From NCBI GenBank assembly GCA_028713955.1, contig JAQTNJ010000001.1, positions 3,269-61,398 of the forward strand: a DNA stretch of 58,130 nt, written 5' to 3'. Each line of letters begins with the position of its first letter. The stretch's first letter is position 1. The notes under the pieces are model-generated. The model made no database searches and was not told where the DNA came from. It saw nothing but the letters and a program-made list of their open reading frames with translations. The translations under genes and the position numbers were made by a program. Below are positions 36,794-45,834 of the stretch, piece by piece. Source of the DNA: Syntrophorhabdaceae bacterium. GTDB lineage: Bacteria > Desulfobacterota > Syntrophorhabdia > Syntrophorhabdales > Syntrophorhabdaceae.

Positions 36794-38089
36794 TTAATTG
36801 GACCGCACGCTAAAAGCACTTATCGGCTTCCCTTCGATCTTATCCCTGAGACTTCCATCATCTATCGCCTGTTTCAGCAAGGACATTACTTCGTCATATA
36901 CCTTCAGCGTGCGGTCTATGTGTTTTTTCCTGTGTGCGAAACATATATGGTGATAACCAACGAAAAGAACTCCCCGCTTTATGCACTCCTGCTGTATAAA
37001 CGATCTGATCTCATTAACGGTGAAACCCTTGTAATCGACCATTACAAAATGTGTCATGGGAGCGAATCCCACAATGTTCATAAATTCATGGAGGTTGTGT
37101 TTATTAATTATCTTCCTTATGCCTCTCTTGAGGATATCCCCGATCTTCCAGTTTTGCTCAATGACCTTATCCCTTTCAAGTATCTCTATCGTCTTCAGCG
37201 CCGCATTAAGGGAGGCCTTTTCTGTTGCGTAGGAACCGGAGAAAAAACAATTCTCATCTTCAAACTGTTTCATGAGATACTTTTTACCGGCCAGCACGCT
37301 TAACGGAAATCCGTTAGAAAGTCCTTTCGCAAAAACCGCTATATCAGGCACAACGTTAAAGTACTTCTGTGCTCCGCCTATATGGAGGCGAAAACCTGTC
37401 TTCATCTCGTCGTATATCAGTACAATATTATTTTTCTCGGTCAGCTCTCTTATTCTTTCCAGGTAACCTGTCTTTGGTTCATAATTGATAACAGGCTCCA
37501 TGATCAACGCTGCTATCTCATCGCCTTGAGCATTAATTGTTTTTTCTATTGCGTCTATATCGTTATAGTTATGCGGCAAGATCCATTCTGCCATGACCTT
37601 GGGAATGCCTTTGTTGCGGGGCGTTGAAACGATAAACCAGTCATGGAAACCGTGGTAACCTCCGACGGTCATGATCTTCAGCTTCTGCGTGTAATTCCTG
37701 GCAAGCCTTATTGCGCCCTCGCACACATCCGAGCCGTTTTTACAGAAACGCACCATCTCGGCGCAGGGGATGATATCGATAAGCCTTTCTGCCAGCATGG
37801 ACTCTTCCGGCGAAGAGACCGTATAAACGAGCCCTTCGTCTATCCCCTTTTTCGCAGCCTTGTTCACCTCGGCGTTTGCGTAGCCAAGGATGATTGGCCC
37901 AAGCGCCATCGAGTAATCAATGAGCTCGTTGCCGTCTACATCGTACAGCACGCATCCCTTTGCCGATTGTATGTAAAGCGGCGAAGCGCCTATGACAAAG
38001 AGGTTCGGGTTTTTGCTGAAGGTCGAGGTACCCATCGGGATAAGGTTCAGCGCCTTCTCATAGATCTCCATTGAACGGTCAAATTTCAT
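36794..38089 (-). CDS. class III PLP aminotransferase (glutamate-1-semialdehyde aminomutase-like)
   Basis: LIYDEMKTGFRL, and FAKGLSNGFPLS carrying the PLP lysine. Confidence 0.8.
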   Translation of the reverse strand: MKFDRSMEIYEKALNLIPMGTSTFSKNPNLFVIGASPLYIQSAKGCVLYDVDGNELIDYSMALGPIILGYANAEVNKAAKKGIDEGLVYTVSSPEESMLAERLIDIIPCAEMVRFCKNGSDVCEGAIRLARNYTQKLKIMTVGGYHGFHDWFIVSTPRNKGIPKVMAEWILPHNYNDIDAIEKTINAQGDEIAALIMEPVINYEPKTGYLERIRELTEKNNIVLIYDEMKTGFRLHIGGAQKYFNVVPDIAVFAKGLSNGFPLSVLAGKKYLMKQFEDENCFFSGSYATEKASLNAALKTIEILERDKVIEQNWKIGDILKRGIRKIINKHNLHEFMNIVGFAPMTHFVMVDYKGFTVNEIRSFIQQECIKRGVLFVGYHHICFAHRKKHIDRTLKVYDEVMSLLKQAIDDGSLRDKIEGKPISAFSVRSN

Positions 38090-38110
38090 GTTATCTCCTC
38101 TTAACTGGGT

Positions 38111-39286
38111 TTATTTAAGCGAATAGATCGTTTCCTCTATCTCTTTAATGCCGAACGGCACCGGGTTCTGTTCAAAGGCCGCCTTTAACTGCATCGAGTT
38201 GTCGATAATTAATCTTAAGTCTGCCTCGGTCTTCACGCCAAAGCCGTTAAGGGAAGTAGGTATGCGAAGCTCCTCGCAGAGCCTTACGATCTCGTCTGCG
38301 AAGCGGAGCGATTTCTCCTGCACGGGTATGGCCCTTTCTTCAAAAACAAGGTCGAAGAGTTCCGCGTATTCAGCGTAACCGGCCTTTACATTACGTTTTA
38401 TCACTGACGAAAGGAATACGGAACCTGCAAGGCCGTGGGGTACATCGAAATAAACCCCAAGCGGGTAACTCAGCGCGCCTGCGGGGCCTGCCCCTGCATT
38501 CATCAACGCAATGCCCGCACACCCGCTTCCAACAAGCAGGTTAAGCTTTGTTTCATTGGAGAAGTCGCCCTTCGCGATCTTTTTCAGATTTTCAAACAAT
38601 AACTTAAATGCCTGCCGTGAAAAATTCCTCGACAGTGCCGTCGCATTCTTCGCCACAAAGCTTTCGAGCGTGTGCGTCATGGCGTCCATCCCCGATGAAG
38701 CGTATATGTTGAAGGGACAACTGTCGAGGAAATGCGGGTCATAGAGTGCAAGCCGGGGATAGTTGTATTCAGTGTTAATGCCAAATTTCCACTTCTCCTT
38801 TGTGTCGATAAAAACGGCATAAGGTGTCACCTCGCTGCCCGTACCGGCAGTAGAAGGCAACGCAATAACCGGCAGAGGCACATTCTTTACCTTGCCGAAT
38901 CCCCTGTAATTGATCGCATCTCCCTTATTGGTCTTAAGTGTCGCAAGGCCTTTTGCCAGATCGAGCGTGCTGCCGCCTCCGATCCCGACAAAGCAGTCCA
39001 GGTCATGCGCTTCGAATTGTACTTTCACCTGATCGAGATAATCATATGTAGGCTCAGGCATCTCGCTTACGAGAAGAACAACTTTCGCCAACTGTGCCTT
39101 CATAAGCTCGATGATCTCTTTTACATATACATTGTTCTCATAAAGCCCGCTGTCGATCACCAGCCCGGCCCTGCTCAACTCAAGGTCTTTTAAACGGTTC
39201 GGCAGCTCCTTCGCCATCTCGTTGCCGACAAGCATCTCCGTCCTCACGATAAAACGAACATTCTCACGTAGATAATCTTTCATCAA
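38111..39286 (-). CDS. iron-containing alcohol dehydrogenase
   Basis: VGIGGGSTLDLAKG and downstream histidines (MTHTLES, VPHGLAG). Confidence 0.8.
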   Translation of the reverse strand: MMKDYLRENVRFIVRTEMLVGNEMAKELPNRLKDLELSRAGLVIDSGLYENNVYVKEIIELMKAQLAKVVLLVSEMPEPTYDYLDQVKVQFEAHDLDCFVGIGGGSTLDLAKGLATLKTNKGDAINYRGFGKVKNVPLPVIALPSTAGTGSEVTPYAVFIDTKEKWKFGINTEYNYPRLALYDPHFLDSCPFNIYASSGMDAMTHTLESFVAKNATALSRNFSRQAFKLLFENLKKIAKGDFSNETKLNLLVGSGCAGIALMNAGAGPAGALSYPLGVYFDVPHGLAGSVFLSSVIKRNVKAGYAEYAELFDLVFEERAIPVQEKSLRFADEIVRLCEELRIPTSLNGFGVKTEADLRLIIDNSMQLKAAFEQNPVPFGIKEIEETIYSLK

Positions 39287-39344
39287 TTCCCCTTTCGATA
39301 TGTTTTTCCATTATGGGCAATTCTTAAATCCGTATGTATGAATG

Positions 39345-39379
39345 AAATCCTAAATCCGAATTTCTAAATCCTAAACAAA
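39345..39379. repeat. 7-nt-phased array (AAATCCT AAATCCG AATTTCT AAATCCT AAACAAA)
   Basis: Read directly. Confidence 0.6.
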
Positions 39380-39419
39380 TTCAAATGTTCAAAACTGCAG
39401 GAAACATGCACCTGCTTGG

Positions 39420-39482
39420 AATATTTAATATTTGAATTTTGATATTGTTTAGTGCTTCGTGCTTAGAATTTCGATATTACGT
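39420..39482. repeat. 7-nt-phased array (AATATTT AATATTT GAATTTT GATATTG TTTAGTG CTTCGTG CTTAGAA TTTCGAT ATTACGT) 5' of family-A copy 2
   Basis: Read directly. Its 3' part resembles the array 5' of copy 1 (TTTTGATATAACGTAGAAGATAG versus TTTCGATATTACGTAAAAAATAG). Confidence 0.6.
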
Positions 39483-39511
39483 AAAAAATAGTCTACCCGG
39501 TCATATAATGA

Positions 39512-39662
39512 GAGCATGGCGCCGGGATATCCCGGAGCAAACCGTCGTGAGGCAAGGAAGCTTGGTCTTTTGCGAAGCAAAAGTTCCGAAGCCGAACGCG
39601 AGCGAATGAAGCCGCAGGAGCGGAATGAGCGTGTTTGCGGGGGATGTCCCGACGCCATGCTC
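39512..39662 (+). repeat. Family-A element, copy 2: same core, 16-bp arms with one C.A mismatch (39512-39527 / 39647-39662)
   Basis: The arms are GAGCATGGCGCCGGGA and TCCCGACGCCATGCTC. The core differs from copy 1 at only a handful of positions by eye. Confidence 0.85.
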
Positions 39663-39743
39663 ATCCTTACGGAGGAAAGTCCCGGATACATCATTTTCAC
39701 TCTTCGAGGGTGCCGTGCAAGCTAGGATTTTTTAATATTACCA

Positions 39744-41732
39744 TCACATCTCTTTTATTTCATAGTATAGATCGGTGATGCGCATATGCTCGGTCATCTT
39801 CCTCATCGTAACGTTCATATTCTGATGCCGGTACTGATCGAGCAGCACGTTCAAGGCCTTCTCTTTCTCTTCGGGAAAATAGAAGAATTCTTTGTTCTTC
39901 CTCTTTTCGAGGTCGCCCTCATACCTGTTCTTCCTCCATGCGAGGATGTCATATGCAAACTCTACTTCCCTGGTTGCACTGAAATCTATTCCGTCGCTGA
40001 AATCGAGCAATGCATGTGAAGCAAATGTAACTAAATCATCAATCTCGCTTTTCCAGGCTGGCAACATCTCTGAAGCCACAGATCCGACATACGAATCAAA
40101 ATCCCTCTTGCATTCCAGGATAACGCGCCATGTATATTTCCCGTTCATCTTTCCCACACCACCTTCCCGGATGAAGGTAAAATTATCGGGCTTGCTGTAA
40201 TAACTGCGAAGACTCTCAGGGGTATCAAACCACTCATCCCTTGCTTCATCCCGGAAATCGCTGAAGATAGAACGGACCGACTGCGGTGCATCTCCTGAAT
40301 TTTCTATAACCGCAACAATGAAATCAACGGGGTTGATCCCTTTCGAATAGATAAATTTCATCAGATCGAAATAACACCGGTAGTTCCAGAAAAACTGGAT
40401 AAGCCAGTGGACGGGACGGAAGAAAAGGATCTCTTCTTCGGACATGGTCGACGTTGACCTGATGCCCTCTTCGCATTCGAATGACAGGACATCGTCGTAT
40501 TGTCCGAACGCGCTGTCGATAAGGCGGAACTTCGTTGCAAGCTCAAATCTTTTTCGTTCTTCGGGAAGTGTCAGCTCGCTTCCATCGATGAGGAGGCAGT
40601 TATAACAGATTATATAGCTGACATCCCAGTCAAAGATCGTCCTCAGGCTTGTGAGGTGGCTCTTTTTCGTCTCCCCCGGAAGCGCCAGAATGATCTCTGT
40701 ACCTGAAACTCCACCGGCTTCGTTGACATGATCAACGATCTCCCGGAAGTATTTGCTCTCGATGTTGCTCCTCTTGATGTTTTTTAACGCCACCGGGTCA
40801 AGCGATTGTAAGGATGAGACGAGATATGTCGCCTCTCCCATTATCTCCGCGATCTCAATGCTTCTTTTTGTTTTGACCCAGTTAATCGTGCATCGACGGG
40901 GATAGTCCCTGGTTTGCTGGAGAAGCCTGATGCGTTCCGCGATCTTGATGTCCCTTTTGGAGATGCCGAAATTAGCGTCGGCAAAACAGAGGAGGTTAGT
41001 TTTCTTTACGTGATCCGCGATATAGTCCAGTTCATCCAGTACCCTGTTTATATCGTACAGTTTGACCTTGTGCTGGGACACGAGTCCCTGGGCGCAGAAG
41101 GTACAGGTAAAAGGACAGCCCCTGTTCGTTTCAATGATCGGGATCAGATCATAATCGAAGAACTTATCAAGCGTGCCGGTAAGGTAAGGTGATGGAACGC
41201 TGTCGAGGTCCTCTATTCTTTCAAGCCGTCTTCCGCATACCGGTACTCCATTGAAAAATACGCAGCCGTCTATCGCGGCCCCTTTGCTTTTTGCAATGTC
41301 CGCGCTGTTTTCGATAAACCGCCCAAGCAGGTTCGCAAAGCCTACCTCTCCTTCGTTTATAACGTAAAAATCAACCATCGGATTTCTCTTGAAAAATTCG
41401 CCGTAGCCGTCATCGGTCTGGTTGATATTGGGGCCGCCCCACACTACCATAGTCTTGTTGTCAACGGATTTTGCAAGTTTCGATACTTCATTGTTCAGGT
41501 TGGCGCTCCAGCTATAATTGCTTAAGCCAAGGATGTGCGGCGGATCGATCTTTAATCTTTTTATGAGTTCTCCGGGGTATTTAAAAAGTTCGATATCCAC
41601 CTCATTGCCAAAAACCTTTTTTGCGTATGATGCAAGAAAACCGATATTAAGCGGGAACATATAGGACCCCCCGCCGAGAAAGTTGTGGACAAGGTCACCG
41701 AGATATATATGTAACTTTTTATTGTTTTTCAT
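39744..41732 (-). CDS. B12-binding-domain radical SAM enzyme
   Basis: N-terminal B12-like domain (ILGLSNYSW...VVWGGPN). ETNRGCPFTCTFC = CxxxCxxC. 662 aa. Confidence 0.8.
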   Translation of the reverse strand: MKNNKKLHIYLGDLVHNFLGGGSYMFPLNIGFLASYAKKVFGNEVDIELFKYPGELIKRLKIDPPHILGLSNYSWSANLNNEVSKLAKSVDNKTMVVWGGPNINQTDDGYGEFFKRNPMVDFYVINEGEVGFANLLGRFIENSADIAKSKGAAIDGCVFFNGVPVCGRRLERIEDLDSVPSPYLTGTLDKFFDYDLIPIIETNRGCPFTCTFCAQGLVSQHKVKLYDINRVLDELDYIADHVKKTNLLCFADANFGISKRDIKIAERIRLLQQTRDYPRRCTINWVKTKRSIEIAEIMGEATYLVSSLQSLDPVALKNIKRSNIESKYFREIVDHVNEAGGVSGTEIILALPGETKKSHLTSLRTIFDWDVSYIICYNCLLIDGSELTLPEERKRFELATKFRLIDSAFGQYDDVLSFECEEGIRSTSTMSEEEILFFRPVHWLIQFFWNYRCYFDLMKFIYSKGINPVDFIVAVIENSGDAPQSVRSIFSDFRDEARDEWFDTPESLRSYYSKPDNFTFIREGGVGKMNGKYTWRVILECKRDFDSYVGSVASEMLPAWKSEIDDLVTFASHALLDFSDGIDFSATREVEFAYDILAWRKNRYEGDLEKRKNKEFFYFPEEKEKALNVLLDQYRHQNMNVTMRKMTEHMRITDLYYEIKEM

Positions 41733-41747
41733 GTGATACCTATCAAA

Positions 41748-42425
41748 TCATTTCTCAGCATAACCGAGGAGCTGAACCTCTTTTGAAAATCTGATCAGCT
41801 TTTTGAATTCTGTCAGTTCTGTCGTCTGCGTATATTTTAACGGCATTAAGGCAAAAAGTCTCGTCAGGCTTTTGCAGAATGGGTTTTTCCATGTAAAAGG
41901 AAGGTGATAGAAGTGCTCAACGAAGAAATTCCTGAAATCGAACATCTTGAACATGTCCTCCATGGATGCCCTGGTAAAGGGTGTCTTATGGGTGTAGTCA
42001 TCATAAAAGACCTTGTAATTCTTTTTCCAGTCACAGGTCGTTGCGAGGAATGATCCTCCCGGTTTAAGTACCCGGTATACCTCGCTCATCAGGTGATCGA
42101 TATTACGGATATGCTCGATGGCTGATTTCATCATGATCACATCGAAAAAATTATCTTCAAAAGGGAAAGACTCATGCTCGATATCTGCAACGGCAACGTT
42201 GAGTCCCTTTTCTTTTGCCACAGTGTCCATATCAATCCCGTAGACCTCAAAGCCTATCTTCCGGAAGATATCCATATGTTCACCCCTGCCGCAGCAGAGA
42301 TCCAGCAGCTTGCCCGATCTTCTTCGGAAATAATGATCCGCCAGATGGTTGCAGAATTTTTCCGGGTATAATGTATGGGGCCTTAGTTCTTCATTGTAAT
42401 GGACTGTGGTATAACGGTTTTTCAT
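41748..42425 (-). CDS. class I SAM-dependent methyltransferase
   Basis: KLLDLCCGRGEHMDIF (motif I) and FDVIMMKSAIEHI. Confidence 0.75.
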   Translation of the reverse strand: MKNRYTTVHYNEELRPHTLYPEKFCNHLADHYFRRRSGKLLDLCCGRGEHMDIFRKIGFEVYGIDMDTVAKEKGLNVAVADIEHESFPFEDNFFDVIMMKSAIEHIRNIDHLMSEVYRVLKPGGSFLATTCDWKKNYKVFYDDYTHKTPFTRASMEDMFKMFDFRNFFVEHFYHLPFTWKNPFCKSLTRLFALMPLKYTQTTELTEFKKLIRFSKEVQLLGYAEK

Positions 42426-43501
42426 GAAATGCTTAAACCTCCGAATTGTTCAACGCTCTTTTTGTACTCTTCCCATTGGCCGATATCGATCCATCCTCCG
42501 TATATCGGATAGACGACGACTTTCTTCTGCGCGGATACGACCTCGATGAGTTCGTTCATATCCATGTGTTTTTTGCTGTTAAAATATTTCAGGATCTCGG
42601 GCTCCATCACGTAGACGCCTGTATTGATGATCGTATCGTGGACCGGTTTTTCTATGATCCCTTCAAGGACCCCGTTGCTCATGTGGAGAACGCCGAAGGG
42701 GATCTTGATCTCGTTATGACAGCCGATGATCGTGATTGCTGCGCCGTTGGATCTATGCCACCTCAGGACATCGCCATAATCAATGTTCAGAAGCGAGTCG
42801 CAGTTCGTCACAAAAAATGTCTCTTTAATGGTATCCTTAAGGAGAAACAGGCTGCCTGCGGTGCCGTAATAATCATCTTCCTCGACCCAGTCGATCTGAT
42901 AAGGAAGTTTTGCCTCCCTGAGAAAGAGCTTAATGTATTCCTTTTTGTAATTGAGGGAATAGGCAAACCGGTAAAAACCGAATTTATAGAAGCTCTCCAT
43001 GATAAGCTCAATAACAGGCTTATTCCCTATGGGGATCAACGGTTTCGGAAGTATCCGCGTAAACGGATCCATGCGCGTGCCCTTGCCTCCTGCCATAACA
43101 ACAACAGGGTTTTCAAAGACCTTTTTCGGTTTTGTCCCTTTCCCTTTTCCGAGGATATCAGTCCAGAGCAGGACGTCAATGATCACATCCTCGTTGTCTA
43201 TGACGGGTATCTGTTCGATCTTGTTCTCCACCATAAGTGTTTTGACGTACTGTTTCAGATTTGGTGTACCTTCTTTCACGGCGGTGAATTGACGGTTCAT
43301 AACCAGTTCGACAATATCCGTAAATTTAAGCCCATTGATGAGGCCTGTCCGGATATCGCCATCCGTTAGTGTTCCGAGAATAGCCTCCCTGACATCGACA
43401 ACAAAAAGTATCCTCTCCGATGTTTCGCTAAGCCGCTGCATGGCCTTTTTGATTGTCGTATCCGGCGGGACAAGGAGTGATTTCAGTTTTATTTTATCCA
43501 T
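42422..43501 (-). CDS. CBS-pair + nucleotidyltransferase (PtmE-like sugar-1-phosphate nucleotidyltransferase)
   Basis: N-terminal CBS pair, then VVMAGGKGTRMDPFTRILPKPLIPIGNKP. Confidence 0.8.
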   Translation of the reverse strand: MDKIKLKSLLVPPDTTIKKAMQRLSETSERILFVVDVREAILGTLTDGDIRTGLINGLKFTDIVELVMNRQFTAVKEGTPNLKQYVKTLMVENKIEQIPVIDNEDVIIDVLLWTDILGKGKGTKPKKVFENPVVVMAGGKGTRMDPFTRILPKPLIPIGNKPVIELIMESFYKFGFYRFAYSLNYKKEYIKLFLREAKLPYQIDWVEEDDYYGTAGSLFLLKDTIKETFFVTNCDSLLNIDYGDVLRWHRSNGAAITIIGCHNEIKIPFGVLHMSNGVLEGIIEKPVHDTIINTGVYVMEPEILKYFNSKKHMDMNELIEVVSAQKKVVVYPIYGGWIDIGQWEEYKKSVEQFGGLSIS

Positions 43502-43519
43502 ACTGCACCTTTATTGCCT

Positions 43520-44695
43520 TCATTGGGGCATCTCGTGGAATTGCTTTTTTACTATACCGCTTAGATCTATTATCTTCAGTGTCTGTACGATCTTTTCGCT
43601 GGCATTACCTTTCCCGTAAGGGTTCTTGAGTCCCTTTAACGACCTCTTGAAATCATCGCTTGTCGCCTTATTGATGGCCTTCACGATATCCTTTTTCCTG
43701 CATACAGGGACATCGATGATGTTCTCCGAACGGGTCCTGCCGCCCTGCCTGTCACCGATATTCACCACGGGCAGCCTGAATGAAGGCGCTTCAACGATAC
43801 CCGATGATGAGTTTCCTACCATAAGGTCTGCATGTTTCAGGAGTGATAGGTATCGCAACTGGCCGAGGGATGCAAACATCTTTGCCCTGCTGCCGTTTTC
43901 CAGGACAAACTTCTCCAGCAAGGTCTGTATGGCCCTTCCACCGGGGTCTGCGTTTGACATGGTAATGACCCAGAAGATGCCCCTGATCTCAGAGAGCGCC
44001 TTTAAAAGTTCCCGCACCTGGGATTCAACAGGAAAATTGTCAATGGTCTCGGGGTGGAACGTGACAATCCCTGTCTTACCCTTTTCAGGTAAACCGAGTT
44101 CCTCGATAATCTCCTTCCTGTTCATCAATTGCAGTTTATAGATATTATCCAGTCCCGGGGCACCAAAACAGTAAACCCTGCCGGGGCTTTCCCCCATCTG
44201 TATGATCCTGTCGGCATACCTTTTCGCTGCGGGAAAGTGAATGGAGCTCATCTTGGTGACAGCGTGGCGGAACTGCTCATCCATGACACCTTCCGTGGCC
44301 TCTCCGCCGTGGATATGGGCAACGGGTATTCTCAACGGCACCGCAGCAGCAGCCGCGGAGAATATCTCGAAACGGTCGCCGAGGACAAGGATGATGTCCG
44401 GCCTTAACCTCTCGTAGGCCCTTGCAAACCCGGTAATGCCCACGCCCATCGAGATAGCGGTCGATACCCCCGAGTCCGAGGAAAGGAGCATCTCTACCCT
44501 GTCGGCAATCGGAAATCCGTCCTTTTCGATATCTTTTACGGTATTGCCAAACTCGGCAGACAGGTGCATTCCCGTAACAATAAGCTGCAGCTCAAGTCCG
44601 GGATTCTCATGGATGCACTTTATGACCCAGTACAGCAGGCCATACTCTGCCCGCGCCCCCGTGACAACTGCTATCTTACGTTTTGGTTTCTTCAT
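43520..44695 (-). CDS. neuC: hydrolysing UDP-N-acetylglucosamine 2-epimerase (NeuC/LegG type)
   Basis: KIAVVTGARAEYGLLYWV and VAHIHGGEATEG. Confidence 0.85.
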   Translation of the reverse strand: MKKPKRKIAVVTGARAEYGLLYWVIKCIHENPGLELQLIVTGMHLSAEFGNTVKDIEKDGFPIADRVEMLLSSDSGVSTAISMGVGITGFARAYERLRPDIILVLGDRFEIFSAAAAAVPLRIPVAHIHGGEATEGVMDEQFRHAVTKMSSIHFPAAKRYADRIIQMGESPGRVYCFGAPGLDNIYKLQLMNRKEIIEELGLPEKGKTGIVTFHPETIDNFPVESQVRELLKALSEIRGIFWVITMSNADPGGRAIQTLLEKFVLENGSRAKMFASLGQLRYLSLLKHADLMVGNSSSGIVEAPSFRLPVVNIGDRQGGRTRSENIIDVPVCRKKDIVKAINKATSDDFKRSLKGLKNPYGKGNASEKIVQTLKIIDLSGIVKKQFHEMPQ

Positions 44696-44705
44696 ATAGT
44701 ATAGA

Positions 44706-44802
44706 GCAGTATATCGTATTTCGTATATCGTATATCGTAAAAGGCCTTAAAGGTCTTTTGCTGTTCACTATATACGATCGACGATATACGAAATACTGCT
44801 GC
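44706..44802. repeat. palindromic pair of GTATATC/GTATTTC heptamer arrays around a small hairpin (AAAAGGCC TTAA AGGTCTTTT)
   Basis: The left arm 44708-44737 matches the reverse complement of the right arm 44768-44797 at 25 of 30 positions. Same heptamers as at 8088 and 9364. Confidence 0.75.
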
Positions 44803-44815
44803 TCTTGTCCTTCCG

Positions 44816-45829
44816 TCATACCTCTATCAGTTCGTCCATCCTGAAATTCCGCTTTGCCTTTTTGCCGATCACTTTGTACCACATCATAGGATCAATGCCG
44901 GTACCCGGTCGTTTTGTCGTGATATTCTCTTCTGAGAATGCTTCGCCTTTTTTAATATCCATTGACGCTACGATACTCTTTCGCGCAATGGCCCTGTTCT
45001 TTATCTCAGATGGTGACGGTCTTTTGATCCCGTTGCCGAGGGTCTTTTCAATATTCCTTATGGCAACAACCATCGCTTCGAGTTCTTTCGGTTCGAGGGA
45101 TGCCATGTGGTCAGGCCCTTTCATCTTCCTGTCGAGGGTAAAATGTTTCTCGATGACCTCTGCGCCGAGGGCAACGGCTGCGACAGGAACCTCTATCCCC
45201 GGCGTGTGATCGGAATAGCCCACCTTCACGCCAAATCTCTTTTTCATTGCGGTCATCGCAAGCAGGTTCACATCTTCAAAGGGTGTCGGGTATTCAGTAT
45301 TGCAGTGGAGCAGCGTGATATTATTTTTCGCAGTACCTGCCTTGATAAGCACCTTCAAGGCCCTGTCGATCTCTTTCATGTCAGCCATCCCCGTGGACAT
45401 GATGATCTTTTTTTTCATGCCTCCGATCTTTTGCAGGTAAGGCAGATTCGTTATCTCGCCTGAGGGGATCTTGAACATTGCAAGACCGAGATCGTTGAGG
45501 AGATCGATGCTCTGCATATCAAAAGGGCTGGACAAGAAATCTATACCTTTCCTGCTGCAGTATCCAAGAAGTTTTCGATGTCCATCGGCATCGAGGGCAA
45601 GCCTCCTTAACATATCGAACTGCGAACCCTTGTCCCCTGTTGTCCTCTTCTGATATTCCGCCTTCGGGGCATTTCCGCATGCAATCTCTTCCGGCACAAA
45701 TGTCTGGAACTTGACGGCATCCGCTCCTGCCCTTGCTGCCGCGTCGATCATCCTCTTTGCAATATCGATGTTCCCGTTATGGTTCACACCCGCTTCAGCG
45801 ATGATGTATGTCCGTTTTTGTGCAGCCAA
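44816..45829 (-). CDS. neuB: N-acetylneuraminate/legionaminate synthase (NeuB/LegI type)
   Basis: YIIAEAGVNHNGNIDIAKRMIDAAARAGADAVKFQTF and a C-terminal SAF domain. Confidence 0.85.
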   Translation of the reverse strand: MAAQKRTYIIAEAGVNHNGNIDIAKRMIDAAARAGADAVKFQTFVPEEIACGNAPKAEYQKRTTGDKGSQFDMLRRLALDADGHRKLLGYCSRKGIDFLSSPFDMQSIDLLNDLGLAMFKIPSGEITNLPYLQKIGGMKKKIIMSTGMADMKEIDRALKVLIKAGTAKNNITLLHCNTEYPTPFEDVNLLAMTAMKKRFGVKVGYSDHTPGIEVPVAAVALGAEVIEKHFTLDRKMKGPDHMASLEPKELEAMVVAIRNIEKTLGNGIKRPSPSEIKNRAIARKSIVASMDIKKGEAFSEENITTKRPGTGIDPMMWYKVIGKKAKRNFRMDELIEV

Positions 45830-45834
45830 TGTCT

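Noticed and set aside
42446-43369. A 307-aa + strand ORF, and similar long antisense ORFs at 9523-10359, 4248-4796, 31261-31794, 43626-44141, 45854-46375, 49937-50461 and 53763-54257.
   Set aside because: Each lies wholly inside a minus-strand gene with clear family motifs. The translations have no motifs and a skewed composition. They are typical shadow ORFs opposite real genes.
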